From: a virus
Virus record (IMG/VR): IMGVR_UViG_3300006037_000005
Coordinates: 32,001 to 96,000 of that record
Reading direction: 5' to 3' (one strand)
Length of the DNA: 64,000 bases
A program made the position numbers and the translations under genes. Positions 45,127 to 55,821 of this stretch are shown here, in pieces. Each line of letters begins with the position of its first letter. Position 1 is the first letter of the stretch. The notes beneath the pieces were generated by a model that worked only from the letters and a program-made list of their open reading frames with translations, made no database searches and was not told the DNA's origin.

Positions 45127-46251
45127 TTAAGAATTTGTTAAGAAATCAGCTGGAGTATAAACTTCATATCCAATGGAGAAAATATCTTTTATGATAGATT
45201 TGAATTTGTTGTATCCAAGTTTTTGTATTTCATCTGAATAGACGTGATATAAAGGGTTTTCAAAATATTTTTCGGCATTAGAATATCTAAGTATATCTTC
45301 TTTTTTATCTGAAAGTATTTTATTGGATTTCAATATATCAAAACGTTTTTCAGTCAAAAAATCATCGATATTTGATATAAAGAAACCGAATTTTTCTTTT
45401 ACCTTATCAACATTTGCCTTGCTAGTAGTCATACCGAACAACAAGTAATAATCCTTGTTATAGGATGTTCTAGAGATCTGAATGCTATAGCAAAGATTTT
45501 CGTCATATCTGAATATTTTGTAAAGTGGACTATTTAAGCCATCAGAAAAATAATCACAAATGAAAGATGAGAGATAATGATAACTTGATATTTTGTTGGT
45601 TAAAAATAATATTGGATAGAGGTCATCTGATTCTCCGATTCTAATGAAATCCGATTCATTAGATGGCCTTCTATCAGAAAGATCAAATTCGGTGAAGGAT
45701 TTTTTCTCAAAATTGGTCTCTAAATTTTTTGAAACATTTACTACTGAAGATGGATTTTCAAATATTGTTTTTAACCATTCATCGATTTTTGGTTTTGTGC
45801 AAGATCTTATATCTTCTATAGAACCTATTGGCATGTAATCACTAAAAACCTTCCTGTGAACATTCATCAACAGATTACCAAATGGTGAATCTGTTGAATC
45901 ATAATATTCTTGAATTATTATGTTCTTTTCTTTTTCTATAACTTCCTGAGAGAATTCTAGATTCAATATCCTTTTAAGAATTTCTTCTTTATGAAATGAT
46001 AGTTTATCTTCGAAACCTTTAAAATGGAAAACTATCTGTTCAGGAGAGGTGTAAGCATTCCATTCTATAAAATCTTTTTGTAAATCATCAAAGATATCAT
46101 TGAGGCTTTCACATATCAAATGTTCACAGATGTGAGAATATCCTCTAAAACCATAATACTCAACAGAGGAAGAACCATTATAAACTATCCAAAGAGAAGA
46201 TAGATCATTATTAGATTTTATGTTTATGATATTAGAAAGAGCAGAATCCAT
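45127..46251 (-). CDS. M16 (insulinase) family zinc peptidase
   Basis: Inverted zincin HxxEH (GYSHICEHL), NAYT, EKNIIIQE, YDENLCY. Confidence 0.88.
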   Translation of the reverse strand: MDSALSNIINIKSNNDLSSLWIVYNGSSSVEYYGFRGYSHICEHLICESLNDIFDDLQKDFIEWNAYTSPEQIVFHFKGFEDKLSFHKEEILKRILNLEFSQEVIEKEKNIIIQEYYDSTDSPFGNLLMNVHRKVFSDYMPIGSIEDIRSCTKPKIDEWLKTIFENPSSVVNVSKNLETNFEKKSFTEFDLSDRRPSNESDFIRIGESDDLYPILFLTNKISSYHYLSSFICDYFSDGLNSPLYKIFRYDENLCYSIQISRTSYNKDYYLLFGMTTSKANVDKVKEKFGFFISNIDDFLTEKRFDILKSNKILSDKKEDILRYSNAEKYFENPLYHVYSDEIQKLGYNKFKSIIKDIFSIGYEVYTPADFLTNS

Positions 46252-48246
46252 GTTTTTCTATATATAACAAAAATCTATCTTTGAATAGGTATGAATTGTG
46301 GTTCACCATTTTCTATGGTGAAAGAACCATATGGTAAAGCGAATTCTTTCACATCTTTTACATCTTCATACTTCACTGGTATGCCAAATTGTAAAAGTAA
46401 AGTATAAAGATTCGTAGCTGTTACATCAATAAGTGTTCTATCTTCCTTATATTCCACCTTGAATGCTATTTTATCTTCATCTATATCAACACCAGAATTG
46501 TGTAAAGCAAGGAATACATCTCTTACAGCTAAACAGAATTTTTGTTTGTCTGTTTTATCACCATCTTTCTCGATATCAAATATATCTTTTATAATAAGTG
46601 AAACGGTTGCATTGAGTTTTTCTATATCAAAATTGGCTATGATCTTCTGTTGGTGAAAATTTCTAGCATCTTCAATATTATCAAAATTTGTTGATAACAC
46701 TGGATATATTTTAACTATATGAGATTCTTTATATTTAGCAACTTTATCCACAAGATCTTTAAAATCTTGGCAGATTGTTATAAGATTTTTCGTTGCACTA
46801 TCAGATGTCTGATCAGATAAAATAAGACTTGTTTTTTTCGTGAAATAAACTACGTATTCTGGTTCTTTAAATTCCATTTTAAATATTATTTTCTATTTCT
46901 TCAATAATTATATCGAGATCGTAATCATTATCGAGATCGTAATGGTATTTCTTCTTTGTGGCATCTGGTATTTGATAGACTTCAAAATTCTCTACATCTA
47001 TGCAGATGGATTCAGATTCCGAGTCCTCATCATCAAAGAAGCTAAAACAATCTCTGTTAAATCCAATGTTTATAAGTCTATCTTTTAATTTGATTAAAAG
47101 ATTTGGATCTGCCTCTTTTATTAGAACGAACAATTTTTGTGCCATATTTTATTGGAGAGTGTTATTTAAATCACAATTGGTTTTAATTAAAGAATCTAAA
47201 CTTGAAATCTGATCAAGTTTCTTTTGTTCATACATTTCCTTTATTCTAACCATAGCATAACCACCAAGGTTCAATCTCTCTTTTATGGAGAAAGATGGTG
47301 AAGTTTCTATGAAATTTACTGAAACATCTCTACCATTTAGAACACCTATTTTGACATGGATGAATGAATCAGATTTCTTGGTTGATATAACAAAAGTGTC
47401 GTTTGTTTGTATTATGGTTGAATCTGGATCATTAACAAGGCTCAATATTTTAAGGAATATTGAGTAATCCTCCTTGTTTGTGGTTCTTTGGAAGTCTGTT
47501 TTTTGCAATCTTTTTTCATTGAACAGCTGATACCAAAGTTTGACAAAATTCAATTTTATTTTTCTAAACATTTTCTTTTTTGTTTATTTATATTTTGTAA
47601 CACAAATGGTTACAGAATTGCGTCAGATATATCGTAAACAATCAATATCGTGCGTACTGAGATATGCTTTGAAGGATGGATCATTATCTATTACAAAAAT
47701 TATATCATTCTTATCAAAAAGAGAAAATTGCCCAAGGAAATATGTGTTCAATATTAATATTTTTGATTCTATATATGATATTCCGTTTCTCAAGAAATGT
47801 ATATCATCAAAAGGTATATTATTATCTTTCAGTATGAATTTGAATTTATGCTTTAATTCAACATTGAATTCTGACAACATTATTATGTTGAATTTTTTAT
47901 ATAATTCTATCAGCAACGATTTGAATTTCTTATTTATATCATAAAAAAATTCTCCACTTTCTAATATTATATGTTTAAACACAATATTAGAATCAACAAC
48001 AAGCAACATAAAAATTCTTTTAGGCTATTTTTTCTTTATTTTGGCATAAACCTCTTTCTTGGAATGAGAAAGCCCATTGCTAACAATTGTACATTTGTCT
48101 AGGTGAAGGTGTGGTTTTATCTCTCTATATTTTGTGTCGGCATCTTTGTCTGAGCTAAGTAATTTTACAATATTCTTAAATTCATCTTCTGAAATTTCAG
48201 AAGATATTTCCAACAATAATTTATACATCATTTTTATTTATGTAAT

Positions 48247-48279
48247 AAAGCCACCAATGAATAATTCATTGGTGGCTTT
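48247..48279 (-). terminator. Putative intrinsic terminator
   Basis: AAAGCCACCAATGAAT-A-ATTCATTGGTGGCTTT just after the vWA gene stop. Confidence 0.7.
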
Positions 48280-48285
48280 GATTTA

Positions 48286-50592
48286 TTATAATTTTATTTG
48301 TTTTTCTGATAATACGAAATTCATATCAAGATCTAGACCATCAATCCTCATAGAAAGTTTAGAATTTTCGATTTCTGAGAATTCTGGAAACCATTTCCTT
48401 GAGAGGATCTGAGAAAATTTCATAACAGATATTTCATTCATTAGTTCCTTCTTCATGATGTTTACATCTTTCCTATAAAGATTTATCCAATCACCAAGAA
48501 TTTGGCTCTTGGTTTTTTCATCAAATTTAGATAAGACTTCCGAAGTGGATTCTTTTTTAAACGAATCTATAGTGGGCTTCATCAAAGATTCAGTTATTTT
48601 TAATGATTTACCATCTTCTATGCTTTTCATAACATCCTCAACTTTTGGCAAACTTGAGCATTTTGCTATTTTAACCTCCAAAGAAAGTGCTGTGTAAGTA
48701 TCCTTAGTTTCCTCTTTAATGGTTTCTGGACTATATCCATTGAATTGGGTAACACCAATTGATTCTAACCACACCTCTGCATCAGCACCATACTCTTTAA
48801 TAAAAGATTCTGAAATCTTCTTGTTATCAAAAACTACTTTGTCGTAATAACCAAGAACTTTATTCATTGCCTGCATTTTCAGTAATTCATAAGAAAGCTG
48901 GCCCAATTTTGTGGCTGAAATTGAATTGACTTGTTTCCTGTTTACTATCGGCAGAGATTCTAAATCCAATATAATAAAAAATGTTCCTGTTTCAAAATCA
49001 GTATCTTTCTCTGTATCTGATTTATATTCAACACCATTTGAGGTCAAGAATTTGAGATCATTAGCTGTACAAGAAATAGGTAATTTCTGAACATTCAAAA
49101 GACCATCTTTCAAAATGGTGTAATTTCTGTAGATAAAAGAGGGTAACTGAATTAAACCAAAATCGTTTTTTGGTAATTTAACCACACCATCATATCTTAC
49201 CCTAACAGAAATATTGGCTCTATCTTCGTTGTATACAAAATCTTTTACATTGTGGCCAACAGTTTTATCATAGACAAATTCAGCTTTAGAATCTGCGATT
49301 TCATCCATTGTGGCTTTCATATCTGAAAGATTCTTAACATCTTTCAATTTAGAAATATCAGATTCAGTTACTTTTGTATTAACATCAGATCTTTTTGCAC
49401 CAATTCTGTTGTATACAAAGTCTTTATGCCCAGGATAAAATAAAATCGTTTCTGAATCAGAGAGATAATTCAACAATGATAAAACAGAAAATTGATCCGC
49501 TTTGATCTGAATCTTTTCTTTTGTTACAAAAGGCAAGACCTCGTTCCCAAAAAGTATAGATTTTAAACGATCTCTGAATTCATTGAGTTTCTGTTTACCA
49601 TATGAATTTGTATAAGATTTCAACAATTCCTCACAACGAAGTTCCATAAGCAAATCATCAACTTCATCCGTTCTAAATTTATCAGATAGAACATAAGAGG
49701 CTAGCAACAATTGCTCATTCGTAATTTTACCAATTTCTATCGGTGCTTCAAAATCATTAACAATTTCAATAAAATCGATGAAATCGACATTTGATGGTAA
49801 TAGAACTTCAGAATTTTGAACAGAATAAATTAGAATTTGGTCATCAATCATAGTCCAAGCTATACCGAATTTTGGTTGTGTGCCGATATTGATGAGCGTT
49901 TTTGAACTTGATAAATTTGAATTTGAAAGTTTTGCATCAAATTCTGGTTCAAAACTTTCAAAATTGGAAGAAAATATTTTATCTCCACCACAAATTTCAG
50001 CCATTTCCTGCATAGCTTTTGTATCAGCATAATAGCCATATTCAACAAAAGTAGAAGATTGTAAAATTGGTACTAGAGATTTCAAGTTATCTCTAACATC
50101 AGACCAAGAACCTTGGTTATGATAACCATCAGACAAGAAAACCATCGAAAATAGGGAATTCGGTCTATTAACTGAGATTCTTTCAATTATTTCCTTTGCT
50201 ATCTTCAAAGGTGAATCAAATGAAGTCAGACCAACTGGTTTTAACCATCTATCAACTGCATCATTAAAATCTTTAAGATCTTTCAATGATTTAATTTCAA
50301 CTTCTTCTTTTAGAACACCTGCTTCATTTTTACCAGAAAACCAAACAACGGAAATTGTGTGACCATCTTTCATAACAGATGAAAGTTTGTTTTTCAAATG
50401 TCTTCTTATGTTAGAAAGTTCTGATGACATAGAACCAGAGACATCGACAACAAAGATGTGATTGATTGGTAAAACATTTGGTTCTGATTTTTGTAATTGA
50501 ATTCTCGTTAGAGAGAAATTACTAATTTGTTTTCTTACTACCACTGTTTGCATATTTAAAAATTTGATTTCTTGCTTTATCAAAACTGACAT
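48286..50592 (-). CDS. von Willebrand factor A domain protein
   Basis: MIDAS DVSGSMS, GLTSF, FLSDG, EYG. Confidence 0.85.
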   Translation of the reverse strand: MSVLIKQEIKFLNMQTVVVRKQISNFSLTRIQLQKSEPNVLPINHIFVVDVSGSMSSELSNIRRHLKNKLSSVMKDGHTISVVWFSGKNEAGVLKEEVEIKSLKDLKDFNDAVDRWLKPVGLTSFDSPLKIAKEIIERISVNRPNSLFSMVFLSDGYHNQGSWSDVRDNLKSLVPILQSSTFVEYGYYADTKAMQEMAEICGGDKIFSSNFESFEPEFDAKLSNSNLSSSKTLINIGTQPKFGIAWTMIDDQILIYSVQNSEVLLPSNVDFIDFIEIVNDFEAPIEIGKITNEQLLLASYVLSDKFRTDEVDDLLMELRCEELLKSYTNSYGKQKLNEFRDRLKSILFGNEVLPFVTKEKIQIKADQFSVLSLLNYLSDSETILFYPGHKDFVYNRIGAKRSDVNTKVTESDISKLKDVKNLSDMKATMDEIADSKAEFVYDKTVGHNVKDFVYNEDRANISVRVRYDGVVKLPKNDFGLIQLPSFIYRNYTILKDGLLNVQKLPISCTANDLKFLTSNGVEYKSDTEKDTDFETGTFFIILDLESLPIVNRKQVNSISATKLGQLSYELLKMQAMNKVLGYYDKVVFDNKKISESFIKEYGADAEVWLESIGVTQFNGYSPETIKEETKDTYTALSLEVKIAKCSSLPKVEDVMKSIEDGKSLKITESLMKPTIDSFKKESTSEVLSKFDEKTKSQILGDWINLYRKDVNIMKKELMNEISVMKFSQILSRKWFPEFSEIENSKLSMRIDGLDLDMNFVLSEKQIKL

Positions 50593-50621
50593 CTCCCATT
50601 GATATATAAAGAAATATTGTT

Positions 50622-51056
50622 ATGTTTTATTCTTTAATACCTTTATTGTTATCAGCCATTTGTTGTTCTGTTATGGATATATGTGTTCATAAATTCAAAG
50701 TTTCAATATTTAGTAAGATAAAAAACGGATTTTGGTATCAATGGTTTGATGGGGGTGATTCTTGGAAAAACAAATATGTTGATAGAATCCCCAAAAATGG
50801 TTTTGTCAAAATGAAAATTCTCGGTATTATTTTCAACAAACCTGTTCAACTATCAGATTCTTGGCATTTCTTCAAGATGTTGTTTGTCTGTTTCTTTATT
50901 TTATCGACAATTCTTGAAGGTTATTTTATGTACAATTGTTTCCGACCTGTTGATAATCAATTTTTATATTTTTCAGTCAAATATACCATCTATGGTGTTC
51001 TTTGGAACATTGTTTTTAGCGTATTTTATCGCCACATCCTTAAACTCAGATCTTAA
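50622..51056 (+). CDS. Membrane protein
   Basis: Three hydrophobic segments; SWKNKY and SDSWHFFK motifs. Confidence 0.65.
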   Translation: MFYSLIPLLLSAICCSVMDICVHKFKVSIFSKIKNGFWYQWFDGGDSWKNKYVDRIPKNGFVKMKILGIIFNKPVQLSDSWHFFKMLFVCFFILSTILEGYFMYNCFRPVDNQFLYFSVKYTIYGVLWNIVFSVFYRHILKLRS

Positions 51057-51092
51057 TAATTTATTTTGTAGGAAGACTTTAATCTTGAAAAC

Positions 51093-51539
51093 TCAGCCTT
51101 TAACAGTCCCTTCTGGTACATCATATTCATCAGCAAGTTCTTTATATTTATAGCCATCAATTATCTTAAAAAAGATTTCTGAATGTGTTTTGTTTGGATA
51201 GGATTTTATAAAATCTTCAAGCATTTTGGTGTCGAAATTGTTAACTGTTACACAAGATAGATCCATGGAATTTTCTTGATATGAGATATCAGAACATATT
51301 GGTGTTTTTGAAGACTTTCTATATCTATCAACAGACATATTTTTCATAACAGTAAAATACCAAGATTTGAAATACCCTTTCTCATCAACATAAGTATCAA
51401 GATATGACAAACATTTCAAGTTGGTATCCTGTATTAAATCTTCTGCTTGATCCCTATCGAAATTGCAAAGTTTAGATGCATATCTTTTAATATAATCTTT
51501 ATGGATCTTTACATTTGACACAAATTCTTCTTTCGTCAT
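51093..51539 (-). CDS. ECF sigma factor, truncated by TGA within the region 4.2 recognition helix
   Basis: AEDLIQDTNLK, FKSWYFTVMKN, GYKYKELADEYDVPEGTVKG*VFKIK. Confidence 0.85.
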   Translation of the reverse strand: MTKEEFVSNVKIHKDYIKRYASKLCNFDRDQAEDLIQDTNLKCLSYLDTYVDEKGYFKSWYFTVMKNMSVDRYRKSSKTPICSDISYQENSMDLSCVTVNNFDTKMLEDFIKSYPNKTHSEIFFKIIDGYKYKELADEYDVPEGTVKG

Positions 51540-51856
51540 GATTTCGTAAAATGTGTAAATTCAGACAAATAGTTATTGAATTCAATTTTTATGCACAATT
51601 CTTCATCCTTTGAAACAAAAATAAAAAGAAATGTTCCATCCAAACGATTAAATTCACAATCTTCGTGGCATATATCATATAATTCTAATTCATATTGATC
51701 AAGGAAATCATCCAAATTTCTGTAAACATCTGATTCATATTTAAATTTTTTTATGGATTCTTGCTCTTGCTTTATAATATCCTTGAACAATTTTTCAAAA
51801 TTGAAATATCTGTTGATATTCATCATGATGTTTTTATTTCAAAATTCTTAAATAAA

Positions 51857-51883
51857 GATTTGGCTACCATTGGTAGCCAAATC
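51857..51883 (-). terminator. Putative intrinsic terminator downstream of purZ
   Basis: GATTTGGCTACCA-T-TGGTAGCCAAATC inverted repeat ~30 nt after the purZ stop. Confidence 0.7.
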
Positions 51884-51915
51884 AATAAAAATCAAATTAA
51901 CTACTAAACTAAATC

Positions 51916-53151
51916 TCAAATCTCAAATCTATCCTCTGTATATTTACCAGTTCCAATCCAACGCATTTTAACATTGGAGAATTCTTTTGAAGATTTTATG
52001 ACAGAATAAATATTTTCTTCTAACCAATCTTTGAATTTATCGGTAATAATATCTGTTCTCTCATTCATATTCCAATCCACATGGTTAGCAAAATTTACTG
52101 ATATGAATATTTTATGTGGTGTTTGATTGAAGATTATTGAATCTTCCAAATTTTTTTTAGAAAATGTTGCAACTCTTCTTGGTAATTTTGTTAAAGTTGT
52201 TAATGATGTTAAATCTTCGTCTGCACCACAACCAAGTCTAACATCTTCCCAAGTTATTTCTTTTTGATCATCATACCAATCACCAGAATATGAATCAACC
52301 TCCTGATAGTCGTAGTTACCAGATTGAACTTCAGCCCAAGTCAAGAATTTTCTTGAAACAATATCAATATATTTCTTGCTATTGATACGAATCGGAAATG
52401 TTCTAGTATTTAATGCTATATTGCCAACAACTGTGACAGGCAAAAACATATCATCAAGACCAGCAGAAACAGTCACATTTCTTGATGTGGTATTCGTACC
52501 AAACAAACCATAGCCATTAGAAAGAGGAAATCCTTGAGCAAGTTCCAACAAACCAGACTGACCTTGGGAAAGTCTCGTTAAAATTTCCCTTGGAACATCA
52601 CAGATAAACTCAGCAAGTTCTGGGACATCTTTAGCCAAAAGTTGATTTTTATCTCTCAGCACACGTCTTGCTCTAGTGCATCCAACACCACTTGATGTGC
52701 TACCAGTTGCATAAGTACCCTTGTGTTCTTCAATGGCTGGTTTACCATCAAAACCATATTTACCTTCTTCATAGAGTCTGTCGATATCTTGAACAATAGC
52801 TGTCATTGGAGAGATACCAATTTTGTTACGAGGGATACCTGTAATTTCAATTTCATTGAAAAATGCTTTCAAATCTATGATGCCACCTTGACCAATATAC
52901 ATTTTTTCGAATTCGTAATGGCGATGTGCATTTGAATTAAATTGTTTATAAACAATTTCTTTGCTACCATTGGCTCTATCGATTACAGTATGTGATGCTT
53001 GTGGTGCAAATGTATTACAAACAAATTGGAATTTACCAACATTTTGCATCGTAATAAAAGAGCCAAGGCTACCTTTGCCTGCAGAACCAGCACATGAATC
53101 GAGTATTACCGATAATTTACCTGATAAGAAAAATTCGTCTTCTTTTTTCAT
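51916..53151 (-). CDS. purZ: PurZ-like N6-succino-2-amino-deoxyadenylate synthase (PurA paralog)
   Basis: DSCAGSAGKG (Ser in place of PurA catalytic Asp13), ASHT, GST, AQG, TSRNVT, RTFPIR, TTLTKLPRR, VNFAN; likely start MKKEDEFF at 53151. Confidence 0.85.
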   Translation of the reverse strand: MKKEDEFFLSGKLSVILDSCAGSAGKGSLGSFITMQNVGKFQFVCNTFAPQASHTVIDRANGSKEIVYKQFNSNAHRHYEFEKMYIGQGGIIDLKAFFNEIEITGIPRNKIGISPMTAIVQDIDRLYEEGKYGFDGKPAIEEHKGTYATGSTSSGVGCTRARRVLRDKNQLLAKDVPELAEFICDVPREILTRLSQGQSGLLELAQGFPLSNGYGLFGTNTTSRNVTVSAGLDDMFLPVTVVGNIALNTRTFPIRINSKKYIDIVSRKFLTWAEVQSGNYDYQEVDSYSGDWYDDQKEITWEDVRLGCGADEDLTSLTTLTKLPRRVATFSKKNLEDSIIFNQTPHKIFISVNFANHVDWNMNERTDIITDKFKDWLEENIYSVIKSSKEFSNVKMRWIGTGKYTEDRFEI

Positions 53152-53263
53152 TTCTAATTTTTTTGGTGTTTCTTCTATTATTGCTTTACTACATGGGGGT
53201 TTCAATATAAATGGTGTCAAGAAACTTCAGACGTTCCAATGGTAAATAAAGAAAAGGAACAGC

Positions 53264-55099
53264 ATGAACACCAATGATATTAAAATAGGAAAAGAATTTA
53301 TTGAAATTATACCGAACCAAGAATATTCCTTGAAGAAAGCATATCTTGGTTTTTATTGCCCCAAATGTTTAAAAGAAAAAACCATATGTTTATTGTCTGT
53401 TTTAAAAGATTATACCAATTCTGTTGGTTGTGGTTGTAGAAAGAAAATAGGGAAGCCTTTTATAAAATCAAAACCATTATCTGAATCAGAATGGGAAGAA
53501 ATATTTTCAAAAATACCCATACAGCCTTTGAATTTTAATGATCTTCTTGGTTTTACAATATCGGCTAAAAAACAAATCCCTTTTATTTGTGGTTGTGGTA
53601 AGATTTTTGAATATAATATTGGAAAGATAACAAGTTCCCATACAAAAACTTGTGGTAAATGCAATATAGTAAATCCAAAAGAAATCTCTTACAGCAACGG
53701 CATTTTGTATAATGGTACTTCTGATTCGATATCTTCAACTTTATCAAAAAATGAAGATTTTATTTGTGGTTGTGGTAATCAATTTAAAGCACCCTTTAAT
53801 TGTGTTGTTTCGGGGAAACAAAAATCTTGTGGTAAATGCAAAATTCTTTCATACCCATCATATATCGGAAAAACATTTGGTAGACTTAAAATTTTAGAAT
53901 TCATTGGATCAAAAGGCAGAATAAATGATCCAAAGAAATCGGAGAATTTCTTCAAATGTGAATGTTCGTGTGGCAATGTAAAAGAAATAACAACATCTGC
54001 AATATTAAGAAATGGATCAAAAGGAAAAATTTCTTGTGGTAAATGTTCAAATGTTGCAAAAGAAATTAGAATGGCTAATCCTTTTCCAGGTTTGCATGAT
54101 TACAAAAAATTGGAACTTTGGTTTGAAACACAATTCATAAAACCAATTGTTCCTATCAATGAATACACAATAAACAAAAACAAAATACCAATGCACTGTA
54201 AATTGTGCGGTGACGATTTTGATACATCTTTATATGATATTAAAAGAGGCAAAATTTTGAGTTGTGGTTGTTTATCAAACAGAATATCTCAAATGAACAC
54301 CGAAGTTGGAACATTTATAAAAGAACTTGGCTTTGAAATCCAATATGAACATTATCTTGGTGAAAATTTACATTCTGATATTTTTGTTAAGAATAAAAAC
54401 CTTGTGATAGAAATGAACGGAATTTATTATCACAAAGAGGCTACAAGATTAAGTGAGATTAAAAAATTCAATAAAGCAAAAGAAATTGGATATGATTTTT
54501 TAATGTTCTATGAAGATGAATGGAGAGATAAGAGAGATATTTGCAAAAATCTCATTAAACAAAAACTTGGTATAAATTCTGATATTATAAAATTAAGACC
54601 AAAGGATTGTGAAGTTAGAATTGTGAAATCACCATTGGTTAAAGAATTGTTTGAAAAATTCCATATACAAGGTTACAGACCATCAAGTTTTAATATAGCT
54701 GTCTATCATAAAGATAATCTAATAGCCTGTATGGCAATTAATAGACCATCAAGACAAAATATAAAAGAAGATTATGAAATTTCAAGAATGGTTTGTGATA
54801 CGAAATATAGGGTGAACGGACTTTGGTCTTTTTTGTTCAAATATATTGAAAGAACAAATCTGTTTACTGGAACTATTACAACATTTTCTGAAAACAGAAT
54901 ATCAAACGGAAACATATATTTAAATATAGGAATGGTGCATTGTGGTAATGTGAAATCAGATTATTATTGGTGTGACACAAGGAACAGATTCCACAAATCT
55001 ATGATGAGAGGTAAAAATGAAACTTTGATTAACAAAGAAAAAGGCTACCACAAGATTTTTGATTTGGGAAAGAAGAAATTCTCAACAGAGATCTTGTGA
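53264..55099 (+). CDS. Hef-like free-standing endonuclease: Zn-ribbon repeats + Vsr/DUF559-type nuclease + C-terminal Mom-like GNAT domain
   Basis: Repeated CxCG...SCGxC; DIFVKNKNLVIEMNGIYYH..EDEW; HIQG, YEISRM, SENRISNGNIY, IFDLGKKKF. Confidence 0.75.
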   Translation: MNTNDIKIGKEFIEIIPNQEYSLKKAYLGFYCPKCLKEKTICLLSVLKDYTNSVGCGCRKKIGKPFIKSKPLSESEWEEIFSKIPIQPLNFNDLLGFTISAKKQIPFICGCGKIFEYNIGKITSSHTKTCGKCNIVNPKEISYSNGILYNGTSDSISSTLSKNEDFICGCGNQFKAPFNCVVSGKQKSCGKCKILSYPSYIGKTFGRLKILEFIGSKGRINDPKKSENFFKCECSCGNVKEITTSAILRNGSKGKISCGKCSNVAKEIRMANPFPGLHDYKKLELWFETQFIKPIVPINEYTINKNKIPMHCKLCGDDFDTSLYDIKRGKILSCGCLSNRISQMNTEVGTFIKELGFEIQYEHYLGENLHSDIFVKNKNLVIEMNGIYYHKEATRLSEIKKFNKAKEIGYDFLMFYEDEWRDKRDICKNLIKQKLGINSDIIKLRPKDCEVRIVKSPLVKELFEKFHIQGYRPSSFNIAVYHKDNLIACMAINRPSRQNIKEDYEISRMVCDTKYRVNGLWSFLFKYIERTNLFTGTITTFSENRISNGNIYLNIGMVHCGNVKSDYYWCDTRNRFHKSMMRGKNETLINKEKGYHKIFDLGKKKFSTEIL

Positions 55100-55116
55100 T
55101 AACCTTTCTGATGTTT

Positions 55117-55821
55117 TTATTGTCTGAATTTTGAAAGTCTCGATTCTGAAATAGATTTCTTTGGTTTTATCTCTCCGTTATATTCATCTATGGTAATATC
55201 TGTCTTACTACCAAAATCCCCAATAAATGTTTCTTTATCGAAATCCCAATAGCAAACATCGGCATTGTTGATGAAATTATAGAGTGTTCCATCATCGTAT
55301 TTTTGGATGTCAGATTTTTCTATACCACTATATGGTGGTGCATATAGCATAACTTGTTTGTCTGAATTTGTTGATATATTATACCAAACACCATCAGATC
55401 CCATAGCTTCTTCTATATCACGCTTTGAATCAATATTCCAGCCAGTATCATTCTGTTTTCTATATAATAGATGCATTTCATAGAGATCACCAGAATCCTC
55501 CAAATTAGATTCTGATATTTTACCCAAGTATTTTACTTCTTCTTTCGTCAACAATCTTGAAACAATACTGTCATCAATGTAACCATTATCATCAATATAA
55601 TCGTTCATTTTGTTTAATATTGGTTCTGTTATCCTATTAACTGGCATATTTTTTATTTTTTTTACCAAATCTTGTTGAATTTTTGTAAAATTCATTCCAG
55701 AATTTCTTTCTATCTTTATCATCCATAGTTGATTCTTTAATTTTGCCACCATTTTTATATGCTTCAATCTCTTCTTTAGAAAAATCAGAAACGATTTTAG
55801 ACATTTTTGGTGCACCTTCAA
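55117..55821 (-). CDS. Hypothetical protein, probably the frameshifted C-terminal half of the upstream LRR gene
   Basis: 185-bp overlap with 55637..56134; ends ESRLSKFRQ like the paralog at 63006. Confidence 0.5.
   Translation of the reverse strand: MKVHQKCLKSFLIFLKKRLKHIKMVAKLKNQLWMIKIERNSGMNFTKIQQDLVKKIKNMPVNRITEPILNKMNDYIDDNGYIDDSIVSRLLTKEEVKYLGKISESNLEDSGDLYEMHLLYRKQNDTGWNIDSKRDIEEAMGSDGVWYNISTNSDKQVMLYAPPYSGIEKSDIQKYDDGTLYNFINNADVCYWDFDKETFIGDFGSKTDITIDEYNGEIKPKKSISESRLSKFRQ

Noticed and set aside
16640-47620. TGTAAC...TGTT promoter motif upstream of several genes (~16665, ~17375, ~33090, ~47612)
   Set aside because: Spacing is inconsistent and AT-rich background could produce it; not supportable by eye.
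51916-53220. Ordinary PurA auxiliary metabolic gene
   Set aside because: Lacks catalytic Asp13, Arg303 and the TKLD GTP motif; has PurZ-type residues instead.
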